A DNA stretch of 32,000 bases from the NCBI RefSeq assembly GCF_000186885.1, contig NC_014972.1:360001-392000 (forward strand), in the 5' to 3' direction. The stretch comes from Desulfobulbus propionicus DSM 2032. Its GTDB lineage: Bacteria; Desulfobacterota; Desulfobulbia; Desulfobulbales; Desulfobulbaceae. Below the pieces are notes generated by a model. The model did no database searches and had not been told where the DNA came from. It saw only the letters and a list, made by a program, of their open reading frames with translations. Both the position numbers and the translations under genes were made by a program. Shown piece after piece: positions 9,511 to 17,143 of the stretch; positions within the stretch are counted from its first letter, which is position 1; each line of letters opens with the position of its first letter.

Positions 9511-9560
9511 TGTGTTCCCCGTGTGCAAAAAGTGGGCGTTCAATTGGTTAACGCCTGAGA

Positions 9561-9576
9561 TGCATGCAATGTGCCA
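9561..9576 (-). promoter_or_regulatory. Candidate sigma-54 (-24/-12) promoter for the 6799..9510 gene
   Basis: Minus-strand TGGCACATTGCATGCA against consensus TGGCAC-N5-TTGCW, with exact GG-N10-GC spacing, about 50 nt upstream of the start codon. Confidence 0.6.
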
Positions 9577-9686
9577 AGACCGCCAAATATATTTTTTTTT
9601 AAAACTCAATAGATTAGCTGTGTACGCCGCGTGGTTCGTTTATTTGAATTACTATTTCGTATTAGGTGTATTCGTTGGGTCGATGA

Positions 9687-10475
9687 TCAACGAGCCGTGG
9701 TAATCGCCCACCGGGCCCATTCATACTGGGCGGAGGAAAGATCATTTTTTTTGTTATCGATAAATTTGGCCAGCGAGGCCGTGGAATCGAAAGTGATGGA
9801 ATAATAGCCGTCGGCGTGGGCGCCACGACCGAGCAAAGTTGCCTTGCCAGAACGGTCGATCCCCACCATGAGGTCGAGATTCTTGTAAATGATGGCCTCG
9901 GCGGTACGGGTTACCGTGCCGTACTTCGACTCCATGTAAAAGCGGTAGGTGAATCCGGCAACCACAACGATGAGAACCAAGGCGAGACTGGAGGCCAGCT
10001 TGGCATAGGGGGTGTAGCTTTGGGGGTTGAAGAAATCGCGGAGGGTCAGACGAACGTGACGATGGATGGCTTGGTGAATATCGGTCAGGCGGGCGAGACA
10101 GGGTTGCACCGCCTTGCCGGTGTATCGCTCGACGCTGGCAATGGCTTCGTTGTCCGAGGGATCGGTCATGGCCAGATTGAGGATATGGTCGCCTTCAAAC
10201 CCCAGCGGCAGCACTTCAAATTTTTTGCAAAGATAACGGGGCAACACCCCCCGCGCGGCATCGGTAAAACCCTGATCGGGATCAATGACCGGCAACTGCA
10301 ACTGTTGGGAGAGCACCTCCGTCAGCTGGTCACTGGTGATTGCCCCCATGTTGACCAGAATCCTTCCCAGCCTGCGAGTGCCCCCAACCTGCATTTTCAG
10401 AGCGCGGTCGACAACTTCTTGAGCAACCAAACCGGCATCGAGCAGGAGTTCTCCTAAACGCTTTTTTTCGGCCAT
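9687..10475 (-). CDS. Membrane protein with N-terminal GspE/MshE-type domain and extracytoplasmic C-terminus, no ATPase domain
   Basis: MAEKKRLGELLLDAGLV...RRLGRILVNMGAITSDQLTEVLSQQLQLPVIDP is the T2SSE_N/MshEN pattern, followed by TM helix LASSLALVLIVVVAGFTYRFYM and about 90 residues. Confidence 0.75.
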   Translation of the reverse strand: MAEKKRLGELLLDAGLVAQEVVDRALKMQVGGTRRLGRILVNMGAITSDQLTEVLSQQLQLPVIDPDQGFTDAARGVLPRYLCKKFEVLPLGFEGDHILNLAMTDPSDNEAIASVERYTGKAVQPCLARLTDIHQAIHRHVRLTLRDFFNPQSYTPYAKLASSLALVLIVVVAGFTYRFYMESKYGTVTRTAEAIIYKNLDLMVGIDRSGKATLLGRGAHADGYYSITFDSTASLAKFIDNKKNDLSSAQYEWARWAITTAR

Positions 10476-10649
10476 GACGTTTCTCCTTCAGAAGGCGAGG
10501 GAAGATGTAACTTGTTGAAAACAAGTTGATATTGAGTTTATAATTTTATTATAGGAATAAAAATCGAAATTAAGCAAGAATGAAATAGGGCTGTGCCCAA
10601 AGCGGAAAAGGGCACACCAGCCCCATCTAGCGGGAGAGAAAAAAGAATC

Positions 10650-11294
10650 TTAATGATCTGAAGAGGATCGAATTCGGAACAAGATCAGTAAGCCGGTGAA
10701 AAAAAGAACGACAGATGAAGGTTCCGGAACGGGAGCGGCGGAACGGACGGCGATGGCATAGGCATGGCTGTTGGTTGTTTGCAGAAATTGCGCGCCGTAA
10801 CCGAAATCAAAGGCCCAGGCACTGGCCATCCCACCCAAAAGCATATCCGATTTGCTTCCAAACCAATAGCAATCGGGCAGCAAGAACGGTTCAAGAGGCG
10901 ATGTTTTCGCGGCTAACTCCTCAATGGTGTTGGGCGCCTGATGCTGCTTGGATGCAAGATTCAGAGTATTGTAATACAGCTGTCCCAGCTCACTGACGGT
11001 GACATTATATTTAGCATCGTTGCCACCGTCATACCCCCAAGTGCCATCGGGTGTATAGGGTAGCCGCCAATCAGCATACCCACCGTACTTACTGTTATTC
11101 AAGGCGTCGATCCAATCATTGGCCCCTTGCCAAGTCATTTTGCCGGCCATGGCCGCATTCGTGGTCCAATAGAAATGGCGGTCGGCATCGTAGAGCAGGT
11201 TGCCGTGGATACTCAGACTGTCCGCAAAGCAGGAAGAAAAAGGGAGCAGGAAGATTGCCAAGAAACTCACGGAAAAAGAAGTTCGCGTGGGCAC
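10650..11294 (-). CDS. DUF1566-like exported protein with PEP-CTERM sorting signal
   Basis: GTG start after GGGAGG. Signal peptide; MTWQGANDWIDALNNSKYGGYADWRLP; C-terminus VPEPSSVVLFFTGLLILFRIRSSSDH. Confidence 0.85.
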   Translation of the reverse strand: MPTRTSFSVSFLAIFLLPFSSCFADSLSIHGNLLYDADRHFYWTTNAAMAGKMTWQGANDWIDALNNSKYGGYADWRLPYTPDGTWGYDGGNDAKYNVTVSELGQLYYNTLNLASKQHQAPNTIEELAAKTSPLEPFLLPDCYWFGSKSDMLLGGMASAWAFDFGYGAQFLQTTNSHAYAIAVRSAAPVPEPSSVVLFFTGLLILFRIRSSSDH

Positions 11295-11475
11295 AATGCC
11301 TCCCGACCGTTTGAGGAAATGTGTTGCAGGCTAGCCTGTTGCAGGCAGAGCAAATATTTTGAGGGTGATAAACGACAACGATACTTTTGTAAAGAAAATT
11401 AGTGGGGTACCCTGGAACGGGAAACTTCAGGCCAATAGCGAACTTTTTGGCGGGATGGTGCCGGTCGGTAAGGGG

Positions 11476-11511
11476 GGATCACGCCGGAGCACGTCAGTCC
11501 CGGCGTGATCC
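11476..11511. repeat. Perfect 12-bp inverted repeat, possible hairpin or terminator
   Basis: GGATCACGCCGG - 12 nt - CCGGCGTGATCC, just 3' of the ComEA-like gene on the minus strand. No clear T-tract. Confidence 0.5.
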
Positions 11512-11522
11512 ACGGTCACCGT

Positions 11523-11777
11523 TTATTCCCCAACCGTGACGTCCGGTTTGATTTTTTCGATGATTTTGTCGCCGATCCCATTTACTTTGTTGAGATCTTC
11601 AACTGTTTTGAAATTGCCGTTGGCGGTACGGTAGGCAACGATGGCTTCCGCTTTTGTCTTGCCGATCCCGTTGAGGGTCGCCAGCTCTTCCGCATTTGCG
11701 GTGTTGATGTTCACCTTGGCAAAGGCCGCGGTGGCAAAAAAGAGAACCAGCAAGAGCGTCAGGTACAGCTTTTTCAT
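11523..11777 (-). CDS. ComEA-like helix-hairpin-helix exported protein
   Basis: Signal peptide, then VNINTANAEELATLNGIGKTKAEAIVAYRTANGNFKTVEDLNKVNGIGDKIIEKIKP. Confidence 0.9.
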   Translation of the reverse strand: MKKLYLTLLLVLFFATAAFAKVNINTANAEELATLNGIGKTKAEAIVAYRTANGNFKTVEDLNKVNGIGDKIIEKIKPDVTVGE

Positions 11778-11987
11778 AGAACCTCCTTTGATGGGATTGA
11801 AGGGAAAAAATGAACACGTCCTGGCTCGATGTTAGGGAAGAATCGGATGCGCTGTCAAATTGAAAAAACGCCTAACTGTTCAATGTAGCGAGACGAATGG
11901 CTGGAATCCTTTGTGCGGCAGCGCTTTTGGAGCACAAGGGGTGTCTCGATTTTTTTTGGTTCATCTGATGAACGCCAAGGAACGTGT

Positions 11988-13697
11988 ATGTCAACGTTGT
12001 CATCCATTGATTACTCTGAAAGCTTGATTGTCCATTTTCGGCGGGCTGAACTCTTGCGGGACGAAGCGGTCGGACTGGTATCCCTGGACCTCAACAGCCG
12101 CCAACTCTGTGATCTTGAGTTGCTGTTGCATCGCGGCTTTTATCCGTTGAGCGGTTATCTGAACCAGGACGATTACCTGCAGGTCCTGGAAACAATGCGG
12201 CTTGCCGATGGGACGGTTTGGCCGATGCCGATCTGTCTGGATGTCAACGTCGACGTGGCCGCCTCCTTGCAACCAGGGCAGCGGGTGGCCCTAAATGACC
12301 AGGAAGGATTCCTGCTCGCCATTCTCACGGTCGGCGAGGTATGGCATCCGGACAGGGAGCACGAGGCGGAAGCGGTCTACGGCACCACCAACCCTGACCT
12401 GCACCCAGGGGTGAAGAATCTCTACCAGAAAACAGCCGAATGGTATGTTGGGGGACAGGTGGAGGGCGTATCGCTGCCCATTCATTATGATTTTCGCAAT
12501 CTTCGCCTCACGCCGGCAGAAACGCATCGGCGGTTTACCCAGTACGGCTGGCGGCGGGTGCTCGGATTCCATACCCGTGAATACTTGCATTGCGCCCACC
12601 GGGAAATGGTCTTGGCCGCGGCCCGTGAGATCAATGCCTCCATTTTCATTCATCCGGCCGCGGGACTGGATCATCCAGGCAATCGGGACCATTACACCCT
12701 GGTGCAGTGCTATCAGGAGTTTATCACCCATTTCCCGGCCAATATGATTCTGCTGGGGATCGTCTCCCTGGCGGACCGGTTTGCCGGCCCCCGCGAGGCG
12801 CTGTGGCACGCGATGATCAGGAAAAATTTCGGTTGCAGTCACTTCATGGTGGCCAAGGACCATGGCGACCCCTTTGCCGGCTCGGACCAGCCGTTATTTT
12901 ACCCCCAAGGCGCGGCCCAGCAGTTGGTGGCTCGGATGGCCGGGGAAACGGGTATCGCCATGGTGCCCGAACGGGCTATGGGCTATGTGGAAGAAAAAGC
13001 CCAGTATGTGTTCCTGGAAAATGTCGGGGAGCATGAGTCGGTCAAGACCATCACCTCGCAGGAACTCAAGCGGCGTCTGGAATGGGGGCTGGAGATTCCG
13101 GAATGGTACTCCTATCAAAACGTTATCCAGGCCCTGCGCCGTGCCTTTCCGCCACGATCCCGGCAGGGGTTTACCGTCTTTTTGACGGGATTGTCCGGGT
13201 CCGGCAAATCGACCATCGCCAAGGTGCTCATGGTGCGCTTCATGGAGATGGGCAACCGGCCGGTGACTCTGTTGGATGGCGACATCGTGCGGAAAAATCT
13301 TTCCTCGGAGCTCAACTTTTCCGAAGCGCACCGCAATCTCAACGTCACCCGTATCGGTTTTGTGGCCAGCGAAATCACCAAGAACGGCGGCATCGCCCTG
13401 TGCGCGCCGATCGCGCCCTATGAAGCATCGAGAGCCGCCAACCGGGAATTGATCAGCCGCTATGGGGGGTATATCGAGGTCTATGTGTCGACCCCGCTTG
13501 AGGTCTGCGAGCAGCGGGATCGAAAGGGGCTGTACGCCAAGGCCAGGAAAGGGCTGGTCAAGGGAGTGACCGGCATTTCCGACCCGTATGTGCCGCCGGT
13601 CAATCCCGAGTTGACCATTGACACCAGCACGATGACCCCGGCCGAGGCGGTGCAGGAAATCCTGCTCTATCTTGAAGAACAGGGCTATATCAGCTGA
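11988..13697 (+). CDS. Bifunctional sulfate adenylyltransferase / adenylylsulfate kinase (Sat-CysC fusion), divergent
   Basis: ATG at 11988 with upstream AAGGA. Sat core FAGPREALWHAMIRKNFGCSHFMVAKDH; C-terminal APS kinase FTVFLTGLSGSGKSTIAKVL...LLDGDIVRKNLSSELNFS. Confidence 0.88.
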   Translation: MSTLSSIDYSESLIVHFRRAELLRDEAVGLVSLDLNSRQLCDLELLLHRGFYPLSGYLNQDDYLQVLETMRLADGTVWPMPICLDVNVDVAASLQPGQRVALNDQEGFLLAILTVGEVWHPDREHEAEAVYGTTNPDLHPGVKNLYQKTAEWYVGGQVEGVSLPIHYDFRNLRLTPAETHRRFTQYGWRRVLGFHTREYLHCAHREMVLAAAREINASIFIHPAAGLDHPGNRDHYTLVQCYQEFITHFPANMILLGIVSLADRFAGPREALWHAMIRKNFGCSHFMVAKDHGDPFAGSDQPLFYPQGAAQQLVARMAGETGIAMVPERAMGYVEEKAQYVFLENVGEHESVKTITSQELKRRLEWGLEIPEWYSYQNVIQALRRAFPPRSRQGFTVFLTGLSGSGKSTIAKVLMVRFMEMGNRPVTLLDGDIVRKNLSSELNFSEAHRNLNVTRIGFVASEITKNGGIALCAPIAPYEASRAANRELISRYGGYIEVYVSTPLEVCEQRDRKGLYAKARKGLVKGVTGISDPYVPPVNPELTIDTSTMTPAEAVQEILLYLEEQGYIS

Positions 13698-13729
13698 ACG
13701 GGTCAGCAGGAGCGAGAAGGACGGAGCAC

Positions 13730-14683
13730 ATGGTGGCACGTAGCCCAAATGGTTGGTGGGTCCCCTGGCTCGGTCTGTCGTTGCTGGCCGGTCTGCCGTT
13801 CTTTTTTTGGGGCGGGCCTGGGTATTACTCATCCCGGTCGTTCAAGGCGGCCTGGGATCTGGGGCACGTCCTTTTTTTCGCGCTCCTGTCCGTGTGGCTG
13901 CATGCCGTCGTGCGCGCCAAGGTGTCGGCTTGGTCGCCGTTTCGGCTCTTTGTCACGCTGTTTATCGGCGTGTTCCTGGCCGGTGTCACGGCGGAGGGGT
14001 TGCAGATGCGGTGGGTGGGGCGCAGTCCCGATATCGACGATGTCCTGCGCAACCAGTTGGGTTGCTTGACGGCCTTTGCCTTTTTCATCCGCCCGGCATT
14101 GTTGCGTCACACTCCGCAACGCTGGTTCCGTGTGGCGGTATCGCTGGCGCTGTGTGTCACCCTGTGGCCCCTGTCGCGGGCCCTGATCGACGAGAGCCTT
14201 GCCGCCCGGCAATTTCCGGTGCTCGCCGATTTTGAAACCCCCTTTGAGCGGTATCGCTGGAACAATGCCCGCCAACTGCGCAAAGAGACGACAACGGTCC
14301 GGCACGGCAACACCGCCATGCGGGTCCAGTTGTCCACGGCAAAATATTCCGGGGTGGCCTTGTTTTATTTTCCCGGCGACTGGCGTGGATACGCAACCCT
14401 GCATTGCAGCGTCTATAATCCGCAACCAGCGGGGCTGGTGCTCAATTGCCGCATTCATGATACCCACCACAAGGAGCACGGTTCCGAGTTCAGCGACCGT
14501 TTCAATCAGCAGTTCATCCTGCGCCAGGGGTGGAACGATTTGGTTGTCTCCCTGGACAAGGTGAAGAACGCCCCCAGAAGCCGCTCCATGGACATGGGGC
14601 ATATCGAGGGGTTTGGTCTGTTCGTCGTTCAGCAGGACAGCCCGATGGAAGTCTATCTAGACCATGTTTATCTGGGCAGGTAA
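13730..14683 (+). CDS. VanZ-family membrane protein with C-terminal carbohydrate-binding-like domain
   Basis: N-terminal helices with DLGHVLFFALLSVWLH...TAEGLQMRWVGRSPDIDDVLRNQLG (VanZ pattern). The C-terminal ADFETPFERYRWNNA...VYLDHVYLG resembles a beta-sandwich binding domain. Confidence 0.75.
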   Translation: MVARSPNGWWVPWLGLSLLAGLPFFFWGGPGYYSSRSFKAAWDLGHVLFFALLSVWLHAVVRAKVSAWSPFRLFVTLFIGVFLAGVTAEGLQMRWVGRSPDIDDVLRNQLGCLTAFAFFIRPALLRHTPQRWFRVAVSLALCVTLWPLSRALIDESLAARQFPVLADFETPFERYRWNNARQLRKETTTVRHGNTAMRVQLSTAKYSGVALFYFPGDWRGYATLHCSVYNPQPAGLVLNCRIHDTHHKEHGSEFSDRFNQQFILRQGWNDLVVSLDKVKNAPRSRSMDMGHIEGFGLFVVQQDSPMEVYLDHVYLGR

Positions 14684-14727
14684 GTTGCGGTGAACCGCCT
14701 TGAGCGGCCCGTTTTCGTTTGCCTGGT

Positions 14728-15567
14728 TCACTCGACGTGGGGTTGGCAGCCGGGACAGTGGTAGGTGGCCCTGCCACCTTGAATGGTTTTGAGGATGGCT
14801 TGGCCGCAGCGGGGGCAGGGGGCGTCTTTGCGGCCATACACCGCGAGCTGCAGTTGAAAATATCCGGGATGACCGCTGACGCCGAGAAAATCGGAGATGG
14901 AGGAACCGCCGGCATCAATGGCCAGTTGCAGTATGCGGCGGCTCTCCTGAATGATTCGCCCCCATTCCTTCTCGGTCAGGAGATGTGCTGGTTGCTGCGG
15001 TGCAATCCGGGCGGCGAAGAGAATTTCATTGGCATAGATGTTGCCGATACCGGCAATGAGACGGCTGTTCATCAGCAAAGACTTCACGGCGACCCGCCTG
15101 CCGCGAGCCAGGGCGAGCAGGTTGTCGGCGATGAAAGCTGGTCCGAAGGGTTCGAGGCCCTCCTTGCGGGAAAAATCCGCCTCCAATTGCGCGGCGTGGT
15201 CCGGCGGCCAAACCACGATCGAGCCGAATCGGCGGCTGTCGTTGAAGCGGACATCCAAGCCATTGTCCAGGTGCAACACCAGGTGATCGTGTTTATGGAG
15301 CGTCGTTTGCCCCTGGATCAGGCCGAGCTTGCCGGTCATGCCCAGATGTATCACCAGCACCGCGCCGTTGACCATTCGCAACAGCAGGTATTTGGCGCGT
15401 CGATCGATGGTCCGGATCTGTTGGGCGGCAATGTGTTCCTGTAGGAGCTTGCGGGGGATTGGGCCGCGCAATCGGTGGGCGCTCCACGAGACCCTGACCA
15501 CGGTTCTGCCAGACAAGGGGGCCAGCAAGCCTCTCCGGGTTACCTCCACTTCCGGCAGTTCAGGCAT
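14728..15567 (-). CDS. mutM: Formamidopyrimidine-DNA glycosylase
   Basis: MPELPEVEVTRRGL N-terminus; C-terminal zinc finger CPRCGQAILKTIQGGRATYHCPGC. Confidence 0.95.
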   Translation of the reverse strand: MPELPEVEVTRRGLLAPLSGRTVVRVSWSAHRLRGPIPRKLLQEHIAAQQIRTIDRRAKYLLLRMVNGAVLVIHLGMTGKLGLIQGQTTLHKHDHLVLHLDNGLDVRFNDSRRFGSIVVWPPDHAAQLEADFSRKEGLEPFGPAFIADNLLALARGRRVAVKSLLMNSRLIAGIGNIYANEILFAARIAPQQPAHLLTEKEWGRIIQESRRILQLAIDAGGSSISDFLGVSGHPGYFQLQLAVYGRKDAPCPRCGQAILKTIQGGRATYHCPGCQPHVE

Positions 15568-16285
15568 GGTCTGCTCCAATAACCCAGGCCAGCAGGTAGT
15601 TGTCGAATTCGATGATCCGGGCCAACACCACGCCCTCGTCTCGCACCAGGCAACGGGCGGTCCAGAACGTCGCCAGCGGATCGTGGTCAAGGTCAATGAC
15701 CCGGATGGCTCCGAAAAAGGAAGGATGATCGGCAAGACATCCTTTCTTCACCGCCTCCTTGACCGTCCACAGGAGGGCCAGCCGGGTCGGCGGGTCCGGG
15801 ATTGCGCTTGCCAAGGCCCGTTCGTCGGCCGTAGTGATCCGCTCCTGCACCGCGACCAGCCGCGCGGTCTTTTCCTGAATGTCCAGGCCGCAGACCGGAG
15901 CCGTGGTCACCAGGGCGGCGGCGTAGTGTTTGCTGTGCGAGATGGACACGTGGAGGGAATCGCCGAAGGGGAGCGGTGAATCCAGCACGGGGCGGCCATG
16001 CGCATCGGGCAGGAGCGAATAGTCACGGTAAGGCGTTGACGAGTGAGCGGCTGTCAGTCTGCTCAGGCCGTGTTTGGCCGCCAGCCTGCCGCCCAGCCAT
16101 TCCACCCGCCGTTTTGGGTAGGTGAGGCCGGCGAGGAAACGGGCTTCATTGGCCGACAGCCAGGACGTCAGCAGCTCAAGGGGCTCCTCTTGGGCCAATA
16201 ACGGTGCCAGCAGGCGCAGGTCAAGCAGCGAAAGGCAGGTCTTGGCGGGAAGTAGCGGCGCGAACCGGAAGGCCGACACGTCCAT
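15560..16285 (-). CDS. 4'-phosphopantetheinyl transferase superfamily protein
   Basis: LHVSISHSKHYAAALV, CGLDIQEK, LWTVKEAVKK motifs. Start uncertain: 16285 (MDVSAFRF) or 16342 (MARNGS). Confidence 0.8.
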   Translation of the reverse strand: MDVSAFRFAPLLPAKTCLSLLDLRLLAPLLAQEEPLELLTSWLSANEARFLAGLTYPKRRVEWLGGRLAAKHGLSRLTAAHSSTPYRDYSLLPDAHGRPVLDSPLPFGDSLHVSISHSKHYAAALVTTAPVCGLDIQEKTARLVAVQERITTADERALASAIPDPPTRLALLWTVKEAVKKGCLADHPSFFGAIRVIDLDHDPLATFWTARCLVRDEGVVLARIIEFDNYLLAWVIGADHA

Positions 16286-16471
16286 GGCGGCCAGGAGCGC
16301 ATGTCCGCCATTCGGGAACGCCCCCGAACCGTTCCTTGCCATGCTTCGAGGATCCGGTATAATCGGGCGGTTCATGCCGATCGGGTCCTGTGTAACGGGT
16401 CGCTGCCGGACCGCGACGCTTTCTTGAACGGCACACGCGATGCCGGTTGCCTTTTCTCCCTTGAAACAGCC

Positions 16472-17044
16472 ATGCCTACCTTCACTGATCTGACCTATTT
16501 TGACCGTGCAATTGCCTTGATTTTTTTGTTCTTCCTGGCGCGGGGCCTGTGGATCGGTTGCGTGCGCCAGTTGGCCGCGTTGTTCGCCCTGATCGGCGGC
16601 TATTTCTGTGCCAGCCAGTATGGGGACAGGATTCTGCCGTTGTCCGCGCCCTTTGTCGACCATCCGAAAGTGATTTTTTTGGCCTGTTTCGCGGTCAGCT
16701 CCCTTGTGGCCGTCGGGGGCTTCACCCTGGTCGGCAAGGTGTTGCGCCGTGTGCGGCGAATCGCCCGGCGTGGTTGGCTGGATCGGTTGACCGGGATGGT
16801 GGTCGGTGGGATCAAGGCGGCGATGGTGACCTCGCTGCTGTACATGCTTCTGACCTCCAGCCTCTCGGCCACCAACGAGCTGCTCCGGACCTCCTTCTCC
16901 TCGCCCTATCTGCGGCAGGGGGCGGAGGTGTTGCGCTCGCGCATCGTTGATTCACGCCTGCGCGACGCTTTCGCCCAGAAGGAACCCGCCATCCTCCCCG
17001 AGCTTCCGCCCGGGAAAGACCAGGAGGAGCCGGTGGAACGGTGA
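16472..17044 (+). CDS. CvpA family membrane protein
   Basis: MPTFTDLTYFDRAIALIFLFFLARGLWIGCVRQLAALFALIGGYFCA...WLDRLTGMVVGGIKAAMV. Confidence 0.85.
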   Translation: MPTFTDLTYFDRAIALIFLFFLARGLWIGCVRQLAALFALIGGYFCASQYGDRILPLSAPFVDHPKVIFLACFAVSSLVAVGGFTLVGKVLRRVRRIARRGWLDRLTGMVVGGIKAAMVTSLLYMLLTSSLSATNELLRTSFSSPYLRQGAEVLRSRIVDSRLRDAFAQKEPAILPELPPGKDQEEPVER

Positions 17045-17143
17045 CCAGGGTCGCTGCCGCCCTCCAAGCCCGGCTGGTTGAACAGCTTGCTGTATATAGT
17101 GTATTTTCGCCTTTCTTTCAAATGCCCCCTTTGAGGTGAAGCC

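Noticed and set aside
11860-11930. Possible sigma-54 promoter before Sat-CysC (CTGGAATCCTTTGTGCGG)
   Set aside because: Spacing fits but both elements are weak; too likely by chance.
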